64,000 bases of DNA from Eledone cirrhosa (taxonomy: Eukaryota). The number at the start of each line of letters is the position of its first letter. Position 1 is the stretch's first letter. Of this stretch, positions 26,001-38,600 are shown piece by piece. The stretch spans positions 139,438,001 through 139,502,000 of the forward strand of contig OZ024743.1 in the NCBI GenBank assembly GCA_964016885.1, in the 5' to 3' direction. The notes under the pieces were generated by a model, which worked only from the letters and a program-made list of their open reading frames with translations, searched no databases and was not told the DNA's origin. Both the position numbers and the translations under genes were made by a program.

Positions 26001-29000
26001 GCTTGGTGCTTGGTGTTTGGTGTTTGGTGCTTGGTGCTTGGTGCTTCGTGTTTGGTGTTTGGTACTTGGTGTCTGGAGCTTGGTGTTTGGTGTTTGGTGC
26101 TTGGTGTTTGGTGTTTGGTGCTTGGTGCTTGGTGTTTGGTGCTTGGTGCTTGGTGTTTGTACTTGGTGCTTGGTGCTTGGTGTTTGGTGCTTGGTTCTTG
26201 GTGTTTGGTGCTTGGTGTTTGGTGCTTGGTGCTTTGTGTTTGGTGCTTGGTGCTTGGTGCTTGGTGCTTGGTGTTAGGTGTTTGGTGCTTGGTGCTTGGT
26301 GTTTGGTGTTTGGTTCTTGGTGCTTGGTATTTGGTGCTTGGTGCTTGCTGCTTGGTGTTTGGTGCTTGGTGATTGATGCTTGGTGTTTGGTGCTTGGTGC
26401 TTGGTGTTTGGTTTTTGGTGCTAGGTGCTTGGTGCTTGGTGTTTGGTGCTTGGTGTTTGGTGTTTGGTGCTTGGTGCTTGGTGTTTGGTACTTGGTGCTT
26501 GGTGCTTGGTGTTTGGTGCTTGGTGCTTGGTGTTTGGTGTTTGGTGTTTGGTGCTTGGTGCTTGGTGTTTGGTGCTTGGTGCTTGGTGCTGGGTGGTTGG
26601 TGTTTGGTGCTTGGTGCTTGGTGTTTGGTGCTAGGTGCATGATGCTTGGTGTTTGGTGCTTGGTGCTTGGTGCTTGGTTTTTGGTGTTTGGTGTTTAGTG
26701 CTTGGTGCTTGGTGCTTGGTGCTTGGTGCTTGGTCCTTGGTGTTTGGTGCTTGGTGCTTGGTGTTTGGTGCTTGGTGCTTGGTGCTTGGTGCTTCGTGTT
26801 TGGTGTTTGGTGCTTGGTGTCTGGAGCTTGGTGTTTGGTGTTTGGTGCTTGGTGTTTGGTGTTTGGTGCTTGGTGCTTGGTGTTTGGTGCTTGGTGCTTG
26901 GTGTTTGTACTTGGTGCTTGGTGCTTGGTGTTTGGTGCTTGGTTCTTGGTGTTTGGTGCTTGGTGTTTGGAGCTTGGTGCTTGGTGTTTGGTGCTTGGTG
27001 CTTGGTGTTTGTACTTGGTGCTTGGTGCTTGCTGTTTGGGGCTTGGTTCTTGGTGTTTGGTGCTTGGTGTTTGGAGCTTGTTGCTTGGTGTTTGGTGCTT
27101 GGTGCTTGGTGTTTGGTGTTTGGTGCCTGGTGCTTGGTGTTTGGTGTTTGGTGCTTGGTGTTTGGTGTTTGGTGCTTGGTGCTTGGTGTTTGTTGCTTGG
27201 TACTTGGTGCATGGTGTTTGGTGCTGGGTGCTTGGTGTTTGGTGCTTGGTGTTTGGTGCTTGGTGCTTGGTGTTTGGTGTTTGGTGCTTGGTGCTTGGTG
27301 TTTGGTTTTTGGTGCTTGGTGCTTGGTGTTTGGTGTTTGGTGCTTGCTGCTGGCTACTTGGTGTTTGGTGCTTGGTGATTGGTGCTTGGTGTTTGGTGCT
27401 TGGTGTTTGGTGTTTGGTACTAGGTGCTTGGTGCTTGGTGTTTGGTGCTTGGTGCTTGGTGTTTGGTGTTTGGTGCTTGGTGCTTGGTGTTTGGTTCTTG
27501 GTGCTGGGTTCTGGGTGGTTGGTCTTTGGTGCTTGGTGTTTGCTGTATGTTATTTGCTGTTTGGTGTTTGGTGTTTGGTGTTTGGTGCTTGGTGCTTGGT
27601 GTTTGGTGCTTGGTGCTTGGTGTTTGGTGCCTGGTGCTTGGTGCTTGGTGTTTGGTGTTTGGTGCTTGGAGTTTGGTGTTTGGTGCTTGGTGCTTGGTGT
27701 TTTGTGTTTGGTGTTTGGTTTTTGGTGCTTGGTGCTTGGTGCTTGGTGCTTGGTCCTTGGTGTTTGGTGCTTGGTGCTTGGTGTTTGTACTTGGTGCTTG
27801 GTGCTTGGTGTTTGGTTCTTGGTTCTTGGTGTTTGGTACTTGGTGTTTGGTGCTTGGTGCTTGGTGTTTGATGCTTGGTGTTTGGTGTTTGCTGTTTGGT
27901 GTTTGGTGTTTGGTGTTTGGTGTTTGCTGTTTGGTGTCTGCTTTTTGGTGTTTGGTGTTTGCTGTATGGTGTTTGCTGTTTCGTGTTTGGTGTTTGCTGT
28001 TTGGTGTTTGGTGTTTGGTGTTTGCTGTTTGGTGTTTGGTCTTTGGTGCTTGGTGTTTGGTGCTTGGTGCTTGGTGTTTGGTGTTTGGTGCTTGGTGCTT
28101 GGTGCTTCGTGTTTGGTGTTTGGTGCTTGGTGTCTGGAGCTTGGTGTTTGGTGTTTGGTGCTTGGTGTTTGGTGTTTGGTGCTTGGTGCTTGGTGTTTGG
28201 TGCTTGGTGCTTGGTGTTTGTACTTGGTGCTTGGTGCTTGGTGTTTGGTGCTTGGTTCTTGGTGTTTGGTGCTTGGTGTTTGGTGCTTGGTGCTTGGTGT
28301 TTGGTGCTTGGTGCTTGGTGCTTGGTGCTTGGTGTTAGGTGTTTGGTGCTTGGTGCTTGGTGTTTGGTGTTTGGTTCTTGGTGCTTGGTATTTGGTGCTT
28401 GGTGCTTGCTGCTTGGTGTTTGGTGCTTGGTGATTGATGCTTGGTGTTTGGTGCTTGGTGCTTGGTGTTTGGTTTTTGGTGCTAGGTGCTTGGTGCTTGG
28501 TGTTTGGTGCTTGGTGTTTGGTGTTTGGTGCTTGGTGCTTGGTGTTTGGTACTTGGTGCTTGGTGCTTGGTGTTTGGTGCTTGGTGCTTGGTGTTTGGTG
28601 TTTGGTGTTTGGTGCTTGGTGCTTGGTGTTTGGTGCTTGGTGCTTGGTGCTGGGTGGTTGGTGTTTGGTGCTTGGTGCTTGGTGTTTGGTGCTAGGTGCA
28701 TGGTGCTTGGTGTTTGGTGCTTGGTTTTTGGTGCTTGGTCTTTGGTGTTTGGTGTTTAGTGCTTGGTGCTTGGTGCTTGGTGCTTGGTGCTTGGTCCTTG
28801 GTGTTTGGTGCTTGGTGCTTGGTGTTTGGTGTTTGGTGCTTGGTGCTTGGTGCTTCGTGTTTGGTGTTTGGTGATTGGTGTCTGGAGCTTGGTGTTTGGT
28901 GTTTGGTGCTTCGTGTTTGGTGTTTGGTGCTTGGTGCTTGGTGTTTGGTGCTTGGTGCTTGGTGTTTGTACTTGGTGCTTGGTGCTTGGTGTTTGGTGCT

Positions 29001-29240
29001 TGGTTCTTGGTGTTTGGTGCTTGGTGTTTGGAGCTTGGTGCTTGGTGTTTGGTGCTTGGTTCTTGGTGTTTGGTGTTTGGTGCCTGGTGCTTGGTGTTTG
29101 GTGTTTGGTGCTTGGTGTTTGGTGTTTGGTGCTTGGTGCTTGGTGTTTGTTGCTTGGTACTTGGTGCATGGTGTTTGGTGCTGGGTGCTTGGTGTTTGGT
29201 GCTTGGTGTTTGGTGCTTGGTGCTTGGTGTTTGGTGTTTG
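23090..29240 (+). repeat. Tandem triplication of a ~2.1 kb higher-order unit
   Basis: ORFs 23260/25370/27424 (offsets 2110, 2054), 24263/26373/28434 (2110, 2061) and 24525/26635/28696. Confidence 0.9.
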
Positions 29241-29689
29241 GTGTTTGATGCTTGGTGTTTTATGCATGGTGCTTGGTGTTTGGTGCTTGGTGTTTGTACT
29301 TGGTGCTTGGTGCTTGGTGTTTTGTGCTTGGTTCTTGGGGTTTGGTGTTTGGTGCTTGGTACTTGGTGCTTGGTGTTAGGTGTTTGGTGCTTGGTGCTTG
29401 GTGTTTGGTGTTTGGTCCTTGGTGCTTGGTGCTTGGTGTTTAGTGCTTGGTGCTTGGTGTTTGTTGTTTGGTGCTTTCTGTTTACTGCTTGGTGTTTGCT
29501 GCTTGGTGCTTGGTGCTTGGTGTTTGGTGTTTGGTGCTAGGTGCTTGGTGTTTGGTGTTTGGTGTTTGATGCTTGGTGTTTGGTGCTTGGTGTTTGGTGC
29601 TTGGTGCTTGGGGCTTGGTGTTTGGTGCTTGGTGCTTGGTGCTTGGTGTTTGGTGCTTGGTGCTTGGTGTTTGGTGTTTGGTGTTTGGT

Positions 29690-32600
29690 GCTTGGTGCTT
29701 GGTGTTTGGTGCTTGGTGCTTGGTGCTGGGTGGTTGGTATTTGGTGCTTGGTGCTTGGTGTTTGGTGCTTGGTGCTTGGTGCTTGGTGTTTGGTGCTTGG
29801 TGCTTGGTGCTTGGTCTTTGGTGCTTGGTGTTTGGTGTTTGGTGCTTGGTGCTTTGTGTTTGGTGCTTGGTGATTAGTGTTTGGTGCTTGGTACTTGGTG
29901 TTTGGTGCTTGGTGTTAGGTGTTTGCTGTTTGGTGTTTGGTGTTTGGTGTTTGCTGTTTGGTGTCTGCTTTTTGGTGTTTGGTGTTTGCTGTATGGTGTT
30001 TGCTGTTTCGTGTTTGGTGTTTGCTGTTTGGTGTTTGGTGTTTGCTGTTTGGTGTTTGGTCTTTGGTGCTTGGTGTTTGGTGCTTGGTGCTTGGTGTTTG
30101 GTGTTTGGTGCTTGGTGTTTGGTGTTTGGTGCTTGGTGCTTGGTGCTTGGTGTTTGGTGCTTGGTGTCTGGTGCTTGGTGTCTGGTGCTTGGTGTTTGGT
30201 GTTTGGTGTTTGGTGCTTGGTGTTTGGTGTTTGGTGTTTGGTGTTTGGTGCTTGTTGCTTGGTGCTTGGTGCTTGGTGTTTGGTGCTTGGTGCTTGGTGT
30301 TTGGTGCTGGGTGCTTGGTGTTTGGTGCTTGGTGCTTGGTGTTTGGTGTTTGGTGCTTGGTGCTTGGTGTTTGGTGTTTGGTGTTATATGCTTGGTGTTT
30401 GGTGCTTGGTGCTTGGTGTTTGGTGTTTGGTTCTTGATGCTTGGTATTTGGTGCTTGGTGCTTGCTGCTTGGTGTTTGGTGCTTGGTGATTGATGCTTGG
30501 TGTTTGGTGCTTGGTGCTTGGTGTTTGGTTTTTGGTGCTAGGTGCTTGGTGCTTGGTGTTTGGTGCTTGGTGTTTGGTGTTTGGTGCTCGGTGCTTGGTG
30601 TTTGGTACTTGGTGCTTGGTGCTTGGTGTTTGGTGCTTGGTGCTTGGTGTTTGGTGTTTGGTGTTTGGTGCTTGGTGCTTGGTGTTTGGTGCTTGGTGCT
30701 TGGTGCTGGGTGGTTGGTGTTTGGTGCTTGGTGCTTGGTGTTTCGTGCTAGGTGCATGGTGCTTGGTGTTTGGTGCTTGGTGCTTGGTGCTTGGTCTTTG
30801 GTGTTTGGTGTTTATTGCTTGGTGCTTGGTGCTTGGTGCTTGGTGCTTGGTCCTTGGTGTTTGGTGCTTGGTGCTTGGTGTTTGGTGTCTGGTGCTTGGT
30901 GCTTGGTGCTTCGTGTTTGGTGTTTGGTGCTTGGTGTCTGGAGCTTGGTGTTTGGTGTTTGGTGCTTGGTGTTTGGTGTTTGGTGCTTGGTGCTTGGTGT
31001 TTGGTGCTTGGTGCTTGGTGTTTGTACTTGGTGCTTGGTGCTTGGTGTTTGGTGCTTGGTTCTTGGTGTTTGGTGCTTGGTGTTTGGAGCTTGGTGCTTG
31101 GTGTTTGGTGCTTGGTGCTTGGTGTTTGTACTTGGTGCTTGGTGCTTGGTGTTTGGTGCTTGGTTCTTGGTGTTTGGTGCTTGGTGTTTGGAGCTTGGTG
31201 CTTGGTGTTTGGTGCTTGGTGCTTGGTGTTTGGTGTTTGGTGCTTGGTGCTTGGTGTTTGGTGTTTGGTGCTTAGTGTTTGGTGTTTGGTGCTTGGTGCT
31301 TGGTGTTTGTTGCTTGGTACTTGGTGCATGGTGTTTGGTGCTGGGTGCTTGGTGTTTGGTGCTTGGTGTTTGGTGCTTGGTGCTTGGTGTTTGGTGTTTG
31401 GTGTTTGATGCTTGGTATTTTATGCTTGGTGCTTGGTGTTTGGTGCTTGGTGTTTGTACTTGGTGCTTGGTGCTTGGTGTTTTGTGCTTGGTTCTTGGTG
31501 TTTGGTGTTTGGTGCTTTGTACTTGGTGCTTGGTGTTAGGTGTTTGGTGCTTGGTGCTTGGTGTTTGGTGTTTGGTCCTTGGTGCTTGGTGCTTGGTGCT
31601 TGGTGCTTGGTGTTTGGTGTTTGGTGTTTGGTGCTTGGTGCTTGGGGCTTGGTGTTTGGTGCTTGGTGCTTGGTGCTTGGTGCTTGGTGCTTGGTGCTTG
31701 GTGTTTGGTGTTTGGTGTTTGGTGCTTGGTGCTTGGTGTTTGGTGCTTGGTGCTTGGTGCTGGGTGGTTGGTATTTGGTGATTGGTGCTTGGTGCTTGGT
31801 GTTTGGTGCTTGGTGCTTGGTGCTTGGTCTTTGGTGCTTGTTGTTTGGTGTTTGGTGCTTGGTGCTTTGTGTTTGGTGCTTGGTGATTAGTGTTTGGTGC
31901 TTGGTACTTGGTGTTTGGTGCTTGGTGTTTGGTGTTTGCTGTTTGGTGTTTGGTGTTTGGTGTTTGCTGTTTGGTGTCTGCTTTTTGGTGTTTGGTGTTT
32001 GCTGTATGGTGTTTGCTGTTTCGTGTTTGGTGTTTGCTATTTGGTGTTTGGTGTTTGCTGTTTGGTGTTTGGTCTTTGGTGCTTGGTGTTTGGTGCTTGG
32101 TGCTTGGTGTTTGGTGTTTGGTGCTTGGTGCTTGGTGCTTGGTGTTTGGTGCTTGGTGTCTGGTGCTTGGTGTCTGGTGCTTGGTGTTTGGTGTTTGGTG
32201 TTTGGTGCTTGGTGTTTGGTGTTTGGTGTTTGGTGTTTGGTGCTTGTTGCTTGGTGCTTGGTGCTTGGTGTTTGGTGCTTGGTGCTTGGTGTTTGGTGCT
32301 GGGTGCTTGGTGTTTGGTGCTTGGTGCTTGGTGCTTGGTGTTTGGTGTTTGGTGTTTGGTGTTATATGCTTGGTGTTTGATGCTTGGTGCTTGGTGCTTG
32401 GTGTTTGGTGTTTGGTCCTTGGTGTTTTATGCTTGGTGTTTGATGTTTGGTGCTTGGTGCTTGGTGTTTGGTGCTTGGTGCTTGGTGTTTGTACTTGGTG
32501 CTTGGTGCTTGGTTCTTGGTGTTTGGTGCTTGGTGCTTGGTGCTTGGTGCTTGGTGTTTGGTGCTTGGTGTTTGGTGCTTGGTGTTTGGTGCTTGGTGCC

Positions 32601-35600
32601 TGGTGCTTGGTGCTTGGTGCTTGGTGTTTGGTGCTTGGTGTTTGCTGCTTGGTATTAGGTGTTTGGTGCTTGGTGCTTGGTGTTTGGTGTTTGGTGCTTG
32701 GTGTTTGGTGCTTGGTGTTTGGTGTTTGCTGCTTGGTGTTTGGTGCTTGGTACTTGGTGCTTGGTGCTTGGTGTTAGGTGTTTGGTGCTTGGTGCTTGGT
32801 GTTTGGTTTTTGGTGCTTGGTGCTTGGTGTTTGGTGTTTGGTGCTTGCTGCTGGCTGCTTGGTGTTTGGTGCTTGGTGATTGGTGCTTGGTGTTTGGTGC
32901 TTGGTGTTTGGTGTTTGGTACTAGGTGCTTGGTCCTTGGTGTTTGGTGCTTGGTGCTTGGTGTTTGGTGCTTGGTGCTGGGTTCTGGGTGGTTGGTGTTT
33001 GGTGCTTGGTGTTTGGTGCTGGGTGCTTGGTGTTTGGTGCTTGGTGCTTGGTCTTTGGTGTTTGGTGTTTGGTGTTTGGGGCTTGGTGCTTGGTGCTTGG
33101 TGTTTGGTGCTTGGTGCTTGGTGTTTGGTGCTTGGTGCTTAGTGTTTGGTGCTAGGTGCTTGGGGTTTGGTGTTTGGTGCTTGGTGCTTGGTGTTTGGTG
33201 CTTGGTGCTTGGTGTTTGGTGTTTGGTGCTTGGTGCTTGGTGTTTGGTGTTTCCTGTTTGCTGTTTGGTGTTTGGTGTTTGGTGTTTGCTGTTTGGTGTC
33301 TGCTTTTTGGTGTTTGGTGTTTGCTGTATGTTATTTGCTGTTTGGTGTTTGGTGTTTGGTGTTTGGTGCTTGGTGCTTGGTGTTTGGTGCTTGGTGCTTG
33401 GTGTTTGGTGCCTGGTGCTTGGGGCTTGGTGTTTGGTGTTTGGTGCTTGGTGCTTGGAGTTTGGTGTTTGGTGCTTGGTGCTTGGTGTTTTGTGTTTGGT
33501 GTTTGGTTTTTGGTGCTTGGTGCTTGGTGCTTGGTGCTTGGTCCTTGGTGTTTGGTGCTTGGTGCTTGGTGTTTGGTGCTTGGTGCTTGGTGCTGGGTGG
33601 TTGGTATTTGGTGCTTGGTGCTTGGTGTTTGGTGCTTGGTGCTTGGTGCTTGGTGTTTGGTGCTTGGTGCTTGGTGCTTGGTCTTTGGTGCTTGGTGTTT
33701 GGTGTTTGGTGCTTGGTGCTTTGTGTTTGGTGCTTGGTGATTAGTGTTTGGTGCTTGGTACTTGGTGTTTGGTGCTTGGTGTTAGGTGTTTGCTGTTTGG
33801 TGTTTGGTGTTTGGTGTTTGCTGTTTGGTGTCTGCTTTTTGGTGTTTGGTGTTTGCTGTATGGTGTTTGCTGTTTCGTGTTTGGTGTTTGCTGTTTGGTG
33901 TTTGGTCTTTGGTGCTTGGTGTTTGGTGCTTGGTGCTTGGTGTTTGGTGTTTGGTGCTTGGTGTTTGGTGTTTGGTGCTTGGTGCTTGGTGCTTGGTGTT
34001 TGGTGCTTGGTGTCTGGTGCTTGGTGTCTGGTTCTTGGTGTTTGGTGTTTGGTGTTTGGTGCTTGGTGTTTGGTGTTTGGTGTTTGGTGTTTGGTGCTTG
34101 TTGCTTGGTGCTTGGTGCTTGGTGTTTGGTGCTTGGTGCTTGGTGTTTGGTGCTGGGTGCTTGGTGTTTGGTGCTTGGTGCTTGGTGTTTGGTGTTTGGT
34201 GCTTGGTGCTTGGTGTTTGGTGTTTGGTGTTATATGCTTGGTGTTTGGTGCTTGGTGCTTGGTGTTTGGTGTTTGGTTCTTGATGCTTGGTATTTGGTGC
34301 TTGGTGCTTGCTGCTTGGTGTTTGGTGCTTGGTGATTGATGCTTGGTGTTTGGTGCTTGGTGCTTGGTGTTTGGTTTTTGGTGCTAGGTGCTTGGTGCTT
34401 GGTGTTTGGTGCTTGGTGTTTGGTGTTTGGTGCTCGGTGCTTGGTGTTTGGTACTTGGTGCTTGGTGCTTGGTGTTTGGTGCTTGGTGCTTGGTGTTTGT
34501 ACTTGGTGCTTGGTGCTTGGTGTTTGGTGCTTGGTTCTTGGTGTTTGGTGCTTGGTGTTTGGAGCTTGGTGCTTGGTGTTTGGTGCTTGGTGCTTGGTGT
34601 TTGTACTTGGTGCTTGGTGCTTGGTGTTTGGTGCTTGGTTCTTGGTGTTTGGTGCTTGGTGTTTGGAGCTTGGTGCTTGGTGTTTGGTGCTTGGTGCTTG
34701 GTGTTTGGTGTTTGGTGCTTGGTGCTTGGTGTTTGGTGTTTGGTGCTTAGTGTTTGGTGTTTGGTGCTTGGTGCTTGGTGTTTGTTGCTTGGTACTTGGT
34801 GCATGGTGTTTGGTGCTGGGTGCTTGGTGTTTGGTGCTTGGTGTTTGGTGCTTGGTGCTTGGTGTTTGGTGTTTGGTGTTTGATGCTTGGTATTTTATGC
34901 TTGGTGCTTGGTGTTTGGTGCTTGGTGTTTGTACTTGGTGCTTGGTGCTTGGTGTTTTGTGCTTGGTTCTTGGTGTTTGGTGTTTGGTGCTTTGTACTTG
35001 GTGCTTGGTGTTAGGTGTTTGGTGCTTGGTGCTTGGTGTTTGGTGTTTGGTCCTTGGTGCTTGGTGCTTGGTGCTTGGTGCTTGGTGTTTGGTGTTTGGT
35101 GTTTGGTGCTTGGTGCTTGGGGCTTGGTGTTTGGTGCTTGGTGCTTGGTGCTTGGTGCTTGGTGCTTGGTGCTTGGTGTTTGGTGTTTGGTGTTTGGTGC
35201 TTGGTGCTTGGTGTTTGGTGCTTGGTGCTTGGTGCTGGGTGGTTGGTATTTGGTGATTGGTGCTTGGTGCTTGGTGTTTGGTGCTTGGTGCTTGGTGCTT
35301 GGTCTTTGGTGCTTGTTGTTTGGTGTTTGGTGCTTGGTGCTTTGTGTTTGGTGCTTGGTGATTAGTGTTTGGTGCTTGGTACTTGGTGTTTGGTGCTTGG
35401 TGTTTGGTGTTTGCTGTTTGGTGTTTGGTGTTTGGTGTTTGCTGTTTGGTGTCTGCTTTTTGGTGTTTGGTGTTTGCTGTATGGTGTTTGCTGTTTCGTG
35501 TTTGGTGTTTGCTATTTGGTGTTTGGTGTTTGCTGTTTGGTGTTTGGTCTTTGGTGCTTGGTGTTTGGTGCTTGGTGCTTGGTGTTTGGTGTTTGGTGCT

Positions 35601-38600
35601 TGGTGCTTGGTGCTTGGTGTTTGGTGCTTGGTGTCTGGTGCTTGGTGTCTGGTGCTTGGTGTTTGGTGTTTGGTGTTTGGTGCTTGGTGTTTGGTGTTTG
35701 GTGTTTGGTGTTTGGTGCTTGTTGCTTGGTGCTTGGTGCTTGGTGTTTGGTGCTTGGTGCTTGGTGTTTGGTGCTGGGTGCTTGGTGTTTGGTGCTTGGT
35801 GCTTGGTGCTTGGTGTTTGGTGTTTGGTGTTTGGTGTTATATGCTTGGTGTTTGATGCTTGGTGCTTGGTGCTTGGTGTTTGGTGTTTGGTCCTTGGTGT
35901 TTTATGCTTGGTGTTTGATGTTTGGTGCTTGGTGCTTGGTGTTTGGTGCTTGGTGCTTGGTGTTTGTACTTGGTGCTTGGTGCTTGGTTCTTGGTGTTTG
36001 GTGCTTGGTGCTTGGTGCTTGGTGCTTGGTGTTTGGTGCTTGGTGTTTGGTGCTTGGTGTTTGGTGCTTGGTGCCTGGTGCTTGGTGCTTGGTGCTTGGT
36101 GTTTGGTGCTTGGTGTTTGCTGCTTGGTATTAGGTGTTTGGTGCTTGGTGCTTGGTGTTTGGTGTTTGGTGCTTGGTGTTTGGTGCTTGGTGTTTGGTGT
36201 TTGCTGCTTGGTGTTTGGTGCTTGGTACTTGGTGCTTGGTGCTTGGTGTTAGGTGTTTGGTGCTTGGTGCTTGGTGTTTGGTTTTTGGTGCTTGGTGCTT
36301 GGTGTTTGGTGTTTGGTGCTTGCTGCTGGCTGCTTGGTGTTTGGTGCTTGGTGATTGGTGCTTGGTGTTTGGTGCTTGGTGTTTGGTGTTTGGTACTAGG
36401 TGCTTGGTCCTTGGTGTTTGGTGCTTGGTGCTTGGTGTTTGGTGCTTGGTGCTGGGTTCTGGGTGGTTGGTGTTTGGTGCTTGGTGTTTGGTGCTGGGTG
36501 CTTGGTGTTTGGTGCTTGGTGCTTGGTCTTTGGTGTTTGGTGTTTGGTGTTTGGGGCTTGGTGCTTGGTGCTTGGTGTTTGGTGCTTGGTGCTTGGTGTT
36601 TGGTGCTTGGTGCTTAGTGTTTGGTGCTAGGTGCTTGGGGTTTGGTGTTTGGTGCTTGGTGCTTGGTGTTTGGTGCTTGGTGCTTGGTGTTTGGTGTTTG
36701 GTGCTTGGTGCTTGGTGTTTGGTGTTTCCTGTTTGCTGTTTGGTGTTTGGTGTTTGGTGTTTGCTGTTTGGTGTCTGCTTTTTGGTGTTTGGTGTTTGCT
36801 GTATGTTATTTGCTGTTTGGTGTTTGGTGTTTGGTGTTTGGTGCTTGGTGCTTGGTGTTTGGTGCTTGGTGCTTGGTGTTTGGTGCCTGGTGCTTGGGGC
36901 TTGGTGTTTGGTGTTTGGTGCTTGGTGCTTGGAGTTTGGTGTTTGGTGCTTGGTGCTTGGTGTTTTGTGTTTGGTGTTTGGTTTTTGGTGCTTGGTGCTT
37001 GGTGCTTGGTGCTTGGTCCTTGGTGTTTGGTGCTTGGTGCTTGGTGTTTGGTGCTTGGTGCTTGGTGCTGGGTGGTTGGTATTTGGTGCTTGGTGCTTGG
37101 TGTTTGGTGCTTGGTGCTTGGTGCTTGGTGTTTGGTGCTTGGTGCTTGGTGCTTGGTCTTTGGTGCTTGGTGTTTGGTGTTTGGTGCTTGGTGCTTTGTG
37201 TTTGGTGCTTGGTGATTAGTGTTTGGTGCTTGGTACTTGGTGTTTGGTGCTTGGTGTTAGGTGTTTGCTGTTTGGTGTTTGGTGTTTGGTGTTTGCTGTT
37301 TGGTGTCTGCTTTTTGGTGTTTGGTGTTTGCTGTATGGTGTTTGCTGTTTCGTGTTTGGTGTTTGCTGTTTGGTGTTTGGTCTTTGGTGCTTGGTGTTTG
37401 GTGCTTGGTGCTTGGTGTTTGGTGTTTGGTGCTTGGTGTTTGGTGTTTGGTGCTTGGTGCTTGGTGCTTGGTGTTTGGTGCTTGGTGTCTGGTGCTTGGT
37501 GTCTGGTGCTTGGTGTTTGGTGTTTGGTGTTTGGTGCTTGGTGTTTGGTGTTTGGTGTTTGGTGTTTGGTGCTTGTTGCTTGGTGCTTGGTGCTTGGTGT
37601 TTGGTGCTTGGTGCTTGGTGTTTGGTGCTGGGTGCTTGGTGTTTGGTGCTTGGTGCTTGGTGTTTGGTGTTTGGTGCTTGGTGCTTGGTGTTTGGTGTTT
37701 GGTGTTATATGCTTGGTGTTTGGTGCTTGGTGCTTGGTGTTTGGTGTTTGGTTCTTGATGCTTGGTATTTGGTGCTTGGTGCTTGCTGCTTGGTGTTTGG
37801 TGCTTGGTGATTGATGCTTGGTGTTTGGTGCTTGGTGCTTGGTGTTTGGTTTTTGGTGCTAGGTGCTTGGTGCTTGGTGTTTGGTGCTTGGTGTTTGGTG
37901 TTTGGTGCTCGGTGCTTGGTGTTTGGTACTTGGTGCTTGGTGCTTGGTGTTTGGTGCTTGGTGCTTGGTGTTTGGTGTTTGGTGTTTGGTGCTTGGTGCT
38001 TGGTGTTTGGTGCTTGGTGCTTGGTGCTGGGTGGTTGGTGTTTGGTGCTTGGTGCTTGGTGTTTCGTGCTAGGTGCATGGTGCTTGGTGTTTGGTGCTTG
38101 GTGCTTGGTGCTTGGTCTTTGGTGTTTGGTGTTTATTGCTTGGTGCTTGGTGCTTGGTGCTTGGTGCTTGGTCCTTGGTGTTTGGTGCTTGGTGCTTGGT
38201 GTTTGGTGTCTGGTGCTTGGTGCTTGGTGCTTCGTGTTTGGTGTTTGGTGCTTGGTGTCTGGAGCTTGGTGTTTGGTGTTTGGTGCTTGGTGTTTGGTGT
38301 TTGGTGCTTGGTGCTTGGTGTTTGGTGCTTGGTGCTTGGTGTTTGTACTTGGTGCTTGGTGCTTGGTGTTTGGTGCTTGGTTCTTGGTGTTTGGTGCTTG
38401 GTGTTTGGAGCTTGGTGCTTGGTGTTTGGTGCTTGGTGCTTGGTGTTTGTACTTGGTGCTTGGTGCTTGGTGTTTGGTGCTTGGTTCTTGGTGTTTGGTG
38501 CTTGGTGTTTGGAGCTTGGTGCTTGGTGTTTGGTGCTTGGTGCTTGGTGTTTGGTGTTTGGTGCTTGGTGCTTGGTGTTTGGTGTTTGGTGCTTAGTGTT

